Shown here: piece after piece, positions 34,200 to 44,024 of the stretch
Layout: every line of letters begins with the position of its first letter
Numbering within the stretch: position 1 is the first letter of the stretch
From: Cyanobacteria bacterium P01_D01_bin.156
Lineage (GTDB): Bacteria > Cyanobacteriota > Cyanobacteriia > Phormidesmidales > Phormidesmidaceae
DNA length: 64,000 nt
NCBI GenBank assembly: GCA_039024555.1
Contig: JBCCQQ010000022.1
Span: 20,015 to 84,014, forward strand
Reading direction: 5' to 3'
Notes under the pieces: generated by a model
The model's input: only the letters and a program-made list of their open reading frames with translations
What the model was told of the DNA's origin: nothing
The model's database searches: none
Program-made: the position numbers and the translations under genes

Positions 34200-35303
34200 G
34201 TGGATAGTTTAAAGTCGCTATTTTCAAGAAAGACCCCAGGTGTAGGTGTGGAGCTTACGCCGGAACGGGTGAATATTGCCCGCCTGCGGAAACAAGGACA
34301 GAAGTTGAAGCTCGATACTCTGGCTTCTGCTGAGATTCCAGAAGGTATCTTTGAAGAGGGCCAAATCATTGATACGGCGGCTATGGCAGAAGCCATTCGG
34401 TCTGCCATCCAGGAAAGCAAACTTAGGGTAAAACGGGCAACAACGGCTGTTCCTGGGCGTGCGATTACACGAGTGATTCCAGTACCTGCCGAGTTGGATG
34501 ACAACGAGCTCCGGGAAATGGTCTTGAACCAGGAAGCCAGCTTGTATCTACCGTTCCCACGAGATGAAGCTGATGTGGACTATCAGAAACTGGGCTTCTT
34601 TGTGGATGAAGATGGGATCGAAAAAGTGCAAGTTTTGTTAGTGGCCGTTAAGAAAGAAGTCACTAACGCCTACATGGAAACGTTTCAACAAGCAGGGTTA
34701 AACCTAGATGTTGTCGAAACCAGCAGTTTTGCACTGATTCGCACGATTCGAGAACAGTTGCGTCAGTTTACCCCCCAGGAAGCTGCAGCCATTGTCGATA
34801 TCCAGTTTGAAAGCACAGAGATTTCGATTGTTGTCGATGGGATTCCTCATTTTTCAAGAACAGTTCCCATAGGGACATTCCAAATTCAAAGCGCCCTGAG
34901 CCGAGCAATGAATCTACCACCCACGCGCAATACCGAGTTGTTACAGGGGATGACGGTACCAGCCACTCCCATGGATAGTATGGGTGCTCCGCAGATGGCT
35001 GGTGGAACAAATCCAGGAACTGCCGCCATGCTCAGAGTTCTGGGAGAACTCTCCGATGAGTTACGGCGCTCTATCGACTTCTACTTGAATCAGGGAGAAG
35101 ACATGGAAGTGGCCCAGCTATTGTTAGCCGGTCCAGGCAGTGCCATCGGCCAGTTAGATGAGTTTTTTGCTCAGCGTTTGAGTTTGCCAGCGAGTCCGAT
35201 TGATCCAATTGAAGCGCTATCTCTGGAAGTAGGAGATGAGATTTCAGAAGCGCAGAGACCTGGGTTAGCAACGGTTCTAGGCTTAGGTTTGCGGGAGGTT
35301 TAG
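34200..35303 (+). CDS. pilM: Type IV pilus assembly protein PilM
   Basis: GVELTPERVN, EASLYLPFP, ELRRSIDFY, LLAGPG, LGLGLR; first gene of the pilMNOQ operon. Confidence 0.95.
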   Translation: MDSLKSLFSRKTPGVGVELTPERVNIARLRKQGQKLKLDTLASAEIPEGIFEEGQIIDTAAMAEAIRSAIQESKLRVKRATTAVPGRAITRVIPVPAELDDNELREMVLNQEASLYLPFPRDEADVDYQKLGFFVDEDGIEKVQVLLVAVKKEVTNAYMETFQQAGLNLDVVETSSFALIRTIREQLRQFTPQEAAAIVDIQFESTEISIVVDGIPHFSRTVPIGTFQIQSALSRAMNLPPTRNTELLQGMTVPATPMDSMGAPQMAGGTNPGTAAMLRVLGELSDELRRSIDFYLNQGEDMEVAQLLLAGPGSAIGQLDEFFAQRLSLPASPIDPIEALSLEVGDEISEAQRPGLATVLGLGLREV

Positions 35304-35306
35304 GGC

Positions 35307-36089
35307 ATGTATAGCATTGACATCAATTTTCTAAATGATCGAGAAGAACGCCCCGAATTGGCGGCAGATACCTCGATTGTTCGTCAGCAGCCGAGTAGCG
35401 ATCGCACTCCTATTGCCCTTGGGCTAGGAATACTGGTAGCCGCCTTAGCGGGTGTGGGTGGATTTTTCGGGTTTCTCAAATATCAAGAATCCACGCTTCT
35501 AAAGCGTCAAGCCGAACTTGATTCACAACTAACCGAACTCCAAGCCAAATTAGCTCAAGTCGATCGAATTAAGGCAGAAACCGAAGCCGCCCGTGCAGAA
35601 AGTCGAGCACTGGCTGGAGTATTCACTAAAATCCGTCCTTGGTCAGCCATTGTCAAAGACATTCAAAATCGTATCCCTACGCGAGCTCAGCTAACGCGAG
35701 TCAATCAAACATCAGGGCAGGCTTTACCTCTAGAGCCCGGAGGTGAAGCCGTTGAACCAGAAGCTGGAGGCATCACTATCAATGGAACAGCTTGTTCATT
35801 TGATGATGTCAACGACTTTGTGTTAACCCTCAAAAATTCTCCCTTTTTAGAGAGCGAAACCGTCAAATTAAACACGTCTACCTTAGGAGGAGAGGTGTTG
35901 GGACGCTGCCCCGGTGAGGTACAGCGAGATGAACCTACAGCGCTGGTTAATTACACTATTGCTGGCAACATCAAAAGCATATCGACCGAACAATTTGATC
36001 GACTGCTTGCCGAGTTGGAAAATCAGCAAGCATCCGTAGGTCTTTCTTCCCGGTTAAAAGCCCTTTTAGAGACAGGAGTGCTCAAATAA
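35307..36089 (+). CDS. pilN: Type IV pilus assembly protein PilN
   Basis: MYSIDINFL (INxL motif), TM helix, coiled coil, VNDF.L.L..SPF. Confidence 0.92.
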   Translation: MYSIDINFLNDREERPELAADTSIVRQQPSSDRTPIALGLGILVAALAGVGGFFGFLKYQESTLLKRQAELDSQLTELQAKLAQVDRIKAETEAARAESRALAGVFTKIRPWSAIVKDIQNRIPTRAQLTRVNQTSGQALPLEPGGEAVEPEAGGITINGTACSFDDVNDFVLTLKNSPFLESETVKLNTSTLGGEVLGRCPGEVQRDEPTALVNYTIAGNIKSISTEQFDRLLAELENQQASVGLSSRLKALLETGVLK

Positions 36090-36895
36090 TGACATTAAGC
36101 GGAGACTTTATACCAGCTGAAGACGACCTGTATGATGAACCATCAAATCCTGTCGTCTTTGGGATTGAACTAACCCCTCAAATACTAGGCATTTTGGCAG
36201 CCCTAGCAGGTATTGGGTTAGCCATCTTTTTATTTCAGAGGTTTGTCCAACCAGTACGTCAAAGTAACCAGACGTTAAGAACCGAAATTGCCGAAAAAGA
36301 ACAACAGCTTGAAACCCAGGCTCAACGCCTAGAGGAAATTGCCAAACTGGAAGAAGAGAGGGATACCGCCTTAGTTCAACGGCGAAACGTCTACTCTTTA
36401 TTCTCTGATGAATCATCCATGGATACCCTGCTGTTGGATATTAATCAGCGCATCAAAAATAGTAATGCGTCCATTGGAGCCGCCCGCAATCAGATTCAAG
36501 CTCGAGGGATTCCACCAATTTTGATTGAGGCAAAGCTCAATAGTTTTGTCCCTAGCGGTGAAGTTGTTGTTGAAGATGGCAGCTTAGGAGAAGACGTCAA
36601 TGGAAAACTAAGACGCCAAACGTACAATGTTCAATTTTCCGGAGATTTTGCTCAAACACAATCAGTTTTAGGCAACATCGAGCGATTAGAACCACTACTG
36701 CTCATGCGCGATTTTGCATTGAGCGCAGGAGAAACAGTGACCGAAACTGTTCTCAACCCTCAAGGACAAGTCGTAGGACAGCCCAAACAACGTATTAATT
36801 CCACATTCGCAATTGATGCGTTGCTGCCCACAGGGGATCCAAACGCTCCGCCAGAAATTGCACCGCCTCCAGCCCCTGAAGGCGAGGCCCAGTAA
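36089..36895 (+). CDS. pilO: Type IV pilus assembly protein PilO
   Basis: FGIELTP TM, TLLLDIN, G.F.QT...L.NIERLEPLL; operon position. Confidence 0.88.
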   Translation: MTLSGDFIPAEDDLYDEPSNPVVFGIELTPQILGILAALAGIGLAIFLFQRFVQPVRQSNQTLRTEIAEKEQQLETQAQRLEEIAKLEEERDTALVQRRNVYSLFSDESSMDTLLLDINQRIKNSNASIGAARNQIQARGIPPILIEAKLNSFVPSGEVVVEDGSLGEDVNGKLRRQTYNVQFSGDFAQTQSVLGNIERLEPLLLMRDFALSAGETVTETVLNPQGQVVGQPKQRINSTFAIDALLPTGDPNAPPEIAPPPAPEGEAQ

Positions 36896-36986
36896 ATGTT
36901 CAGTCAGTGTTAACAAAACACCACCAACTCACGGAATTTTCTTTTCTAGGCATTGATGTACTCTCACTAAGATTAAGGAGTGAACT

Positions 36987-39041
36987 GTGAAACGCTTTTT
37001 CAAACTTGGAAGTTTAATTGCTGGCGGAGCTTTGAGCGTCCTCACAGCTCAAGCAGCAGAAGCTGCAGCAACGGCCATTCAGAAGGTTGAACTCAACCCG
37101 ACCAAAACTGGCATGGAGCTCTTGCTCTCCACCAAAGGCGGAGACACTCCTCAAATCTTTGCTGTCCATCGAGATAATGTTCTCCAAGCAGACATTACTA
37201 ACGCTCAACTAGCTTTACCCCATAGCAAAAGCTTCAGCAAAAAAAGTCCAACTCCCAGCATTAAGTCCATCCAAGTAAAAACCCTGGATGACAACACTGT
37301 ACGGTTGACCATTAAGGGCTCTGAAAAAGCCCCAGTGGCAGCTTTACAAAAGCTGGAGGGAGAAGGGGTACTGATAAGTTTAGATACACGTCCTAATGCG
37401 GCCCCCCAGCCCAGTGAGCTACCGGATAACATCGAAACAACGACAGACACTACGCTTTTGCCCATACACTTAGCACAGGCAGCTGGTGAAGAGACTCCCG
37501 AAGTTTTAGTCCCTAGTCCAGAGGTGATTATCGATGGTAATCCAGTAGCCGCACCAACTGTAAATAGTGCGCCGCCATTTTTACCCAGGGCTGTGGCACC
37601 TCCAGTAGGAGACATTGCGGTTTCTGAAATTAACGCTAGATTAGATGTTATTGATTTAGGTACTGCGGAGCGAGTGCCCCGTTTGGTTTTGCGAGACGCA
37701 ACAGCGCGTGAAGCACTGTCATTATTGGCTCGGGCAGCTGGACTTAACTTAGCCTTTACTGATGCCAGCACAGGTGGTGACACGGCGGCGGCTAATACGA
37801 GAGTTACCCTGGATATTGAAGATGAGCCAGTGCAGAATGTTTTCAACTATGTTTTGCAAATTTCTGGATTAGAAGCGAACCGCGTGGGTCGAACAATTTT
37901 TGTTGGGCCTCAATTACCTCAGGCTGCTCGTAATACAACTGTGCGTAGCGTTCGTCTGAACCAAGTTGATGTGGCTAGCGCTGTCAACTTCTTAGTGTTT
38001 ATGGGGGCCGAGAGCGCCTTTGCTGATGAGCAAGAAATTCAGGTAGTTGAATCAACCATTGATGTCGGAGAAGAAGTCGAACAGGTTGAAAGAACCGAAC
38101 TAGAAACCAATGTTGAAATTCTTCGGGCAGATTATCAGGATTCGCCTCCCTTATTACGAGGACTACAGGTGATCGGAGATGCTCGAACTAGTTCTGTAAC
38201 CTTGATTGGAACGCCTCGTCAGGTCGAAATTGCCACAGCTCAAATAGTACAGTTAGATCTACGACGTCGTCAGGTTGCGATCAACTTACGTGTTATTGAC
38301 GTCAATCTTTCAGCCATAGAACGTTTTGACACTAGCTTTTCGTTTGGTATTGATGATACCTTCGCTAACCAAAGCAATGGGCTATTAACTCTCGCCTTTA
38401 ACAACAATCCCTTAAACGTAGCAAGTAACTTCATCGCAGCCCTTGAGGCAACTATTGATAATGGTAATTCCAAGATTATCACCGACCCCACGCTGATTGT
38501 CCAAGAAGGACAAGATGCTTCGGTTAACTTAGTTGAAGAGGTCATTAATGAAAGTACTACCAACTTTGCGACCGTGGATGGTACTGATGACCTTGTGCAG
38601 GAAAGAGAAGTTCAACTAGTCGATGTTGGCTTGACATTGGCTGTTAACATCGATCGTATTGATGACAATGGTTTTGTATCCCTTTCAGTGGCACCAACGA
38701 TCTCTTCTCCTGGAGCTCAAATTCCTCTTGGAGATAATGATTTCGTGACGCCTATTGCAAGACGAGCCTTATCCTCCGGTCAAATTCGTGTACGAGATGG
38801 TCAAACCCTGGTTTTGTCCGGAATTATCCAAGATACAGACACTGCCAGCGTACGGAAGGTGCCTATTTTAGGTGACCTGCCTATTATTGGGGCTCTATTC
38901 CGTGACACAGACATCACGAATGAGCGCCAGGAGCTAATTGTGCTGCTAACGCCTCAAATCCTAGATGATTCTGACCAAAGCATCTATGGCTACAGCTACA
39001 CCCCCGGTGAAGATATCCGAGAACTGTTGGGTGAAGAGTAG
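36987..39041 (+). CDS. pilQ: Type IV pilus secretin with AMIN domain
   Basis: Signal peptide, AMIN domain, PPFLPRAVAPPVGD, secretin C-domain (DGQTLVLSGII, KVPILGDLPIIGALFR). Confidence 0.93.
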   Translation: MKRFFKLGSLIAGGALSVLTAQAAEAAATAIQKVELNPTKTGMELLLSTKGGDTPQIFAVHRDNVLQADITNAQLALPHSKSFSKKSPTPSIKSIQVKTLDDNTVRLTIKGSEKAPVAALQKLEGEGVLISLDTRPNAAPQPSELPDNIETTTDTTLLPIHLAQAAGEETPEVLVPSPEVIIDGNPVAAPTVNSAPPFLPRAVAPPVGDIAVSEINARLDVIDLGTAERVPRLVLRDATAREALSLLARAAGLNLAFTDASTGGDTAAANTRVTLDIEDEPVQNVFNYVLQISGLEANRVGRTIFVGPQLPQAARNTTVRSVRLNQVDVASAVNFLVFMGAESAFADEQEIQVVESTIDVGEEVEQVERTELETNVEILRADYQDSPPLLRGLQVIGDARTSSVTLIGTPRQVEIATAQIVQLDLRRRQVAINLRVIDVNLSAIERFDTSFSFGIDDTFANQSNGLLTLAFNNNPLNVASNFIAALEATIDNGNSKIITDPTLIVQEGQDASVNLVEEVINESTTNFATVDGTDDLVQEREVQLVDVGLTLAVNIDRIDDNGFVSLSVAPTISSPGAQIPLGDNDFVTPIARRALSSGQIRVRDGQTLVLSGIIQDTDTASVRKVPILGDLPIIGALFRDTDITNERQELIVLLTPQILDDSDQSIYGYSYTPGEDIRELLGEE

Positions 39042-39065
39042 TAACTAACAACCTACTCTGTTAAT

Positions 39066-39122
39066 TTTCATTAAAACCCCTGAACCCCTCCCTGAAATAA
39101 GGTTTTAGGGGTTTTAATGAAA
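39066..39122 (+). terminator. Hairpin after pilQ
   Basis: TTTCATTAAAACCCCT...AGGGGTTTTAATGAAA, 16-bp inverted repeat. Confidence 0.75.
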
Positions 39123-39358
39123 TCTAATTTCTTATCAGCGCAAACAATTCGTATGAATTTTCCTAAAAATCGCTGAAATCCATATAAATTCAATGTTTTA
39201 TAGATCCATACTGGCGAAGTAGCCCTTAGAATGGGGCAGAGAAAATGTGAGGTTTCAAGGGTTTCAGCGATTTGCTGAGATTTTACTCACGTTTCTGGCT
39301 TGTTGGTCCAGACATGGACGTGGTTCATTCATTGGTTTTAATCTGCGAGGAGACAAAG

Positions 39359-39637
39359 ATGAATAAAGGTGAACTTGTAGACAAGGTGTCTGAAAAGGCA
39401 TCTGTCACCAAAAAGCAGGCTGATGCAGTCATTTCAGCTGCAATTGAGTCCATAATGGAAGCGGTTTCCAGTGGTGAGAAGGTAACTTTGGTTGGGTTTG
39501 GGTCTTTCGAGCCTCGTCATCGGAAAGAGCGTGAAGGTCGTAATCCTAAAACTGGCGATACTATGGTTATTCCAGCAACCACAGTGCCTGCATTTTCGGC
39601 AGGTAAATTGTTTAAAGAGATGGTGGCTAAGAAATAA
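39359..39637 (+). CDS. hup: DNA-binding protein HU
   Basis: MNKGELV, VTLVGFGSFE, REGRNPKTG, PAFSAGK; GAGGAG RBS. Confidence 0.97.
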   Translation: MNKGELVDKVSEKASVTKKQADAVISAAIESIMEAVSSGEKVTLVGFGSFEPRHRKEREGRNPKTGDTMVIPATTVPAFSAGKLFKEMVAKK

Positions 39638-40025
39638 TTTATTTGTTTGATATCAGCTTTTTGTGTCGCTGTTGCTGTAGATATTCACCCTTGAAGTGAG
39701 AAATTCTCTAATCTTTGGTGATTGTTCTGGGCAGTAGCGACACTTTTTAGCCGTTGCTGATTTAGAGGATGGAACCCTCTGTACAGGCGTCCAGAGTTCT
39801 GGATTTGGCAGATACAATCATTCTGAGGAGCAGTAACGCCGCTTTTTAATATAAACAACGCTTCTAGAGCTATGTGCAGTGTAAAGCACTCAAAAATTAG
39901 TTTCCTAGCTCCTTTGTAACTCGTCGTCATACAAGTGATTAAGCATACTGATTGGCATCGACTCAATCAACAGATATACATGTTGCTTCTGTTCAGGCGA
40001 TAAAGCACAGAACACGGATTGAATA

Positions 40026-41336
40026 TTGAAGGTCAGTACAGAGTACGATTTAGCTATTTTGGGGGGCAGTTGGAGCAGTCGTCGAGCTGCTCTTCAGGCT
40101 GCGCGGCAAGGTGCTCGTATTGCCCTCATTGCTCCTAGTTGGGAAATTAATAACGCTGCTGAATACAGTTTTCAAGCGATACGGCAATGCAATGCATCAT
40201 GTCTGAGTACTTGGCGGGATATGCGCGCTTGGTTTGATGCTCTCTGTAGATATAGAGAGCTAGATTCTGCAATGCTTCGGGTCCAAGGAATTGACGTCAT
40301 TTTGGCAACCTCACAGTTTTCCGTCAATCAGCACCTGACTGTAGATGAACGGCCCTTAAAAGCTACTCATTATTTGTTAACGGACGGATATGAGTTTACG
40401 GCTACACCGGATTTTAAAGACAGCCTGCAATATTATCAACTAATGCAGCTAGATACCCTCCCTACAAGCATTGCCATCATTGGCTCTGGGGCCTCTGTTG
40501 TGGAATGGGCCTATGCTTTAAATCAGTTCACTAAGGTCAATGTTTTCTGTAATTCTCCCCTGCTTTTACCAGCAGAAGATATTGATATTCAACGACTGAT
40601 GGAAGCGCAGCTGCGGAGTGTGGGCGTCACCATCAACTTTGTAGATGGTGATTTAGATAACAACCAGTTAGCCACAATATCAGAAACAGAGTCGGTAGTC
40701 CTAGTGCCTAAGTCAAGGCTCAATCATAAGGGCTTATCCCTGGCACAGTTGGGAGTTGACCCCGATAAGAATATTGTTGCTAACTGTTATTTACAGACTC
40801 AGTTTCCTCAATTGTATGTAACGGGAGATTGTTTAGGAGGCGAACAGCGCCCTGAACTGACACAGCAAGAAACCTCTGTTGCTTTGGACAATGCTTTGTT
40901 TCGTCGCCGTCGTCCTATGCATTATGAAACGGTATCCTACAGTATTCAAGGTGTTTCTCCGTTAGGTCGCTGGGGCCTAACGGAAAATCAAGCGCGCTGT
41001 CGTTATGGCACCAGAGTTGAGGTATTCCAGGCATCATGCTTGCCTATTACACCTTCCCACAGCGCTCAGATAAACTTTTGCAAGCTGCTCACCTTAGACA
41101 ACCATTTGATAGGTATCCATCTATTGGGGGAGGGGGCTTCTACTCTGACTAAGGGTTTCAGGGCATCTTTAACGATTCCAGCCCTTGCTAAATGGACCGT
41201 AAAACATGTGCAAAGTGGAACTGTTTACGAGGCCATTCATCAAGCGATCGCACAGTGGGAAAATAACCGTTGGCAGCCAGGTAAATGGCGCCGAGATTGG
41301 GCTGAAAATTGGTTCCACTGGCGACGTTCTCTGTGA
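40026..41336 (+). CDS. Pyridine nucleotide-disulfide oxidoreductase-like protein (degenerate)
   Basis: YDLAILGG, IAIIGSG, LQT..P.LY..GD, GLTE.QA and C-terminal W.ENWF.WRR. No CxxxxC. Confidence 0.8.
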   Translation: MKVSTEYDLAILGGSWSSRRAALQAARQGARIALIAPSWEINNAAEYSFQAIRQCNASCLSTWRDMRAWFDALCRYRELDSAMLRVQGIDVILATSQFSVNQHLTVDERPLKATHYLLTDGYEFTATPDFKDSLQYYQLMQLDTLPTSIAIIGSGASVVEWAYALNQFTKVNVFCNSPLLLPAEDIDIQRLMEAQLRSVGVTINFVDGDLDNNQLATISETESVVLVPKSRLNHKGLSLAQLGVDPDKNIVANCYLQTQFPQLYVTGDCLGGEQRPELTQQETSVALDNALFRRRRPMHYETVSYSIQGVSPLGRWGLTENQARCRYGTRVEVFQASCLPITPSHSAQINFCKLLTLDNHLIGIHLLGEGASTLTKGFRASLTIPALAKWTVKHVQSGTVYEAIHQAIAQWENNRWQPGKWRRDWAENWFHWRRSL

Positions 41337-41348
41337 TGCTAGTCGCTT

Positions 41349-41942
41349 TTAGACTTTTGCCAGGGTTACCACTTCTGCCTGGTCCTGATATTTTCCTTGG
41401 CGCGTATCATAGCTTACCTGACAGGGATCCCCTTCCAAAAACAAGAGCTGTACTACGCCTTCATTGGCATAGATACGGCAATCGGCACTTGAGGAATTAG
41501 AAAACTCCAACGTGAGATAGCCTCGCCATCCCGCTTCTGCAGGGGTGAGATTTGCAATAATGCCACAACGAGCGTACGTACTCTTGCCAATACAAATTGT
41601 GGTGATATTTTCAGGAATCGCCAAACGCTCAAGCGCAACACCTAGACCATAGGAATGAGCTGGCAACACAAAATAGTCACCATATTCATCGGCACGAAGC
41701 TGAGTCATTTCCAGATTATCTGGATTAAAGTGTTTTGGATCAATGACGGTCCCTGGAACATGGCGAAAAATACGAAACTCTTTTGGTGATAGACGAATAT
41801 CGTAACCAAAGGAAGATAAGCCATAGCTAATAACAGGAACGCTTGTCCCATTAAGCTCCATACGTCTGACCAATGCAGATTCAAATGGGGCGATCATCCC
41901 CGCTTCAGCCATACTGTGAATCCAGGCGTCATTTTTAATCAT
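41349..41942 (-). CDS. dcd: dCTP deaminase
   Basis: ISYGLSSFGYD, GKSTYARCG, TPAEAGW.G.LTLE, YANEG, GKYQ. Confidence 0.96.
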   Translation of the reverse strand: MIKNDAWIHSMAEAGMIAPFESALVRRMELNGTSVPVISYGLSSFGYDIRLSPKEFRIFRHVPGTVIDPKHFNPDNLEMTQLRADEYGDYFVLPAHSYGLGVALERLAIPENITTICIGKSTYARCGIIANLTPAEAGWRGYLTLEFSNSSSADCRIYANEGVVQLLFLEGDPCQVSYDTRQGKYQDQAEVVTLAKV

Positions 41943-41964
41943 TTTTTATTGATTAATAAGGGGC

Positions 41965-42555
41965 TCAAGGTAAAAATTCACGTCGAAACTCCGTTACCTG
42001 GTCCGCTATCGACAGAATCGAATAGGGCATTTTCGGACCTGTCAGAATAATATCCATTTGAGCAGGCCGCTGCTCTAGTAAATCCAGAATCTCTGCCTCA
42101 GGGATCAGCCCAAAATCCATGGCTAGGCTTAATTCATCCAGCATGACTAAAGCATAGCGATTAGTCGGAATCACTTTTTTTACATAATCCCAAAGGTCAC
42201 TAACCGCATCCTGGGAATCATCAGTCGTCTCAAAAATACATCCAGGATAATCGCAACGTACCCAGTCGAGATTTTGTCCCATGTGGGTCATGTGATCTGG
42301 CCCTTGGGCAATGCCTCCCTTTAAAAACTGGACGACCAAAACAGGCATACCTTGGTCTGCCGACCGCAATGCCTGCACCATAACATTGGTAAAAAAGCTG
42401 CGATGTACCGAAGTAAACACCTGTAGAGAACCTTCCAGTGCCTGCAGAAAAGGGTGACGCAAACCTGCAGGAATGTTGGTGGCCGTCTCTGCTGCAGGGG
42501 AAGCTACACGTAAATGACGACGGTTGGGAGAGTTAACCCTTAGCTGTTGAACCAT
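41965..42555 (-). CDS. CobO/BtuR (corrinoid adenosyltransferase)-like protein
   Basis: ALR.A.QG..V.VVQFLKGG, LVMLDEL, RP...D.ILTG, ADQVTE. The P-loop GxGKGKT is absent. Confidence 0.8.
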   Translation of the reverse strand: MVQQLRVNSPNRRHLRVASPAAETATNIPAGLRHPFLQALEGSLQVFTSVHRSFFTNVMVQALRSADQGMPVLVVQFLKGGIAQGPDHMTHMGQNLDWVRCDYPGCIFETTDDSQDAVSDLWDYVKKVIPTNRYALVMLDELSLAMDFGLIPEAEILDLLEQRPAQMDIILTGPKMPYSILSIADQVTEFRREFLP

Positions 42556-42559
42556 AAAG

Positions 42560-42606
42560 ACGCTATATCTAGTAGCACTTTTCTAATAGCGACCTAAATA
42601 TAGCGT
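42560..42606. promoter_or_regulatory. Tandem NrdR boxes
   Basis: ACGCTATATCTAGTAG (42560-42575) and GACCTAAATATAGCGT (42591-42606) both match acaCwAtATaTwGtg. Starts are 31 bp apart, the typical NrdR spacing. Confidence 0.8.
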
Positions 42607-42649
42607 ATGTAGGGATGCTTGTGGCGATAACCTTAACATGATAATTTTT

Positions 42650-42790
42650 TTACCCCAAAAAGTTTACGACAGCCCCTAGGGGAACATGGGGAAAGAAGAG
42701 TGGTGAGGCCATAGCTACCGTGGCAATCAGGGTGAGTGTAACGATGGCGAATAGTACACTCACTTTGTCAGCTTTGATGCGTTTGTTCAT
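42650..42790 (-). CDS. Unannotated 46-aa putative membrane microprotein
   Basis: MNKRIKADKVSVLFAIVTLTLIATVAMASPLFFPHVPLGAVVNFLG. GAGG RBS 7 nt before ATG; basic N-terminus plus hydrophobic helix. Confidence 0.6.
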   Translation of the reverse strand: MNKRIKADKVSVLFAIVTLTLIATVAMASPLFFPHVPLGAVVNFLG

Positions 42791-42928
42791 TTGGGGACCT
42801 CAATAAACAATAAAAGATAGCGACTCTAACAGGGTGTTTACCAGTACCTCGCTAAACAGAACACAGCTAGAGTGAACCAAGACAGGCTATGGTCAAGCTA
42901 TGTGGCAATAGTGATGTACACCACCCCT

Positions 42929-43606
42929 ATGGTAAAAGCTGTTTTATTTGATCTTGATGGCACCCTAGCTAACACTGACCCTCTGCACTTTCAAATCTGG
43001 CAAGCATTGCTTTCCGAGCATGGCATCAAGGTCGATTCCCCCTTTTACGACACCCATATTAGCGGTCGCCTCAATCCCGATATTGTCCGTGATTTACTAC
43101 CTCAGCTATCTGAACAAGAGGGTGTTTTTTTTAGCGCCGATAAAGAGGCCAAATTTCGGCAGCTAGCAGCCACTAAGCTGCAACGTATGGATGGGTTAAG
43201 TGACTTTCTACATCACCTTGAACAGCAGGGCTACAGCGTAGCTTTAGTCACCAATGCGCCTCGTCCGAATGCAGAATTTATGCTAGAAACTCTGGCACTT
43301 CAAGGCACATTTCAGCCAGTCATCATTGCGGATGATTTACCCAGGGGCAAACCTGATCCACTCCCCTATCAAACAGCACTGGACCACCTGGCTCTCTCCC
43401 CTCAGGAGGCCCTGGTATTTGAGGATTCGCCTACCGGAGTACGGGCAGCTGTGGCAGCAGGTATTCCTACCATTGGGGTGACATCCACCCATAGCCATGC
43501 CACATTAACTAAGCTAGGCGCTCTATTTACTATTTCAGACTTTACTGACAGTCGTCTGAGAACTTACTTGACCAAGGATCCTGAGAATTCTTACCTATCT
43601 TGTTAA
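42929..43606 (+). CDS. HAD family phosphatase (beta-PGM/CbbY-like)
   Basis: FDLDGTL, VTNA, KPDP, FEDS.TG. Confidence 0.92.
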   Translation: MVKAVLFDLDGTLANTDPLHFQIWQALLSEHGIKVDSPFYDTHISGRLNPDIVRDLLPQLSEQEGVFFSADKEAKFRQLAATKLQRMDGLSDFLHHLEQQGYSVALVTNAPRPNAEFMLETLALQGTFQPVIIADDLPRGKPDPLPYQTALDHLALSPQEALVFEDSPTGVRAAVAAGIPTIGVTSTHSHATLTKLGALFTISDFTDSRLRTYLTKDPENSYLSC

Positions 43607-43692
43607 AGGATAAAGTCAACGCCCTTGCAGCTAGAGTTGCTATCGGGCCAGGGTATCTAAGATGCTAGAAATACTGACTTTCGCTTTTCACT

Positions 43693-43998
43693 ATGAGCAA
43701 CGCCTCCGATCATCCATCTGACCAACCCCAGACTGTCCAAGACCGACTGGCCAGCTTACGTCAACTAGCCCAGGCATTTCCTAAAGAGCAGCGGGAAGAT
43801 GTGCTGTTAGAGTTAGATGATCTGAGTCGTGATTTACAAGCTGACACCACCAGCTTACAAACTCTGCACATCAAGCTCAAGCGCTTGGCTGCGATCGCAA
43901 TGATGGCCCGAATGTTTACCACCAACAATCAATCAGCCATTGAAGAATTCGCCAGCAATCTTGTAGAGCTTACCGACGCCACCAAGATTGAGCAGTAA
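43693..43998 (+). CDS. Hypothetical helical protein
   Basis: 101-aa ORF with ATG start and amphipathic helices; fills the gap between genes. Confidence 0.65.
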   Translation: MSNASDHPSDQPQTVQDRLASLRQLAQAFPKEQREDVLLELDDLSRDLQADTTSLQTLHIKLKRLAAIAMMARMFTTNNQSAIEEFASNLVELTDATKIEQ

Positions 43999-44024
43999 AT
44001 AAAGAATCAACGCCAGGCATAGCA

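Noticed and set aside
37205..37846. 213-aa antisense ORF in pilQ and similar shadow ORFs (purH, purT, lpdA, murA)
   Set aside because: These are antisense or alternative-frame by-products of well-supported genes.
34200..39041. Absence of pilP in the pilMNOQ operon
   Set aside because: This is the normal arrangement in cyanobacteria.
39685..39966. 93-aa minus-strand ORF after hup
   Set aside because: TTG start, no motifs, and it overlaps a + strand RNA hairpin.
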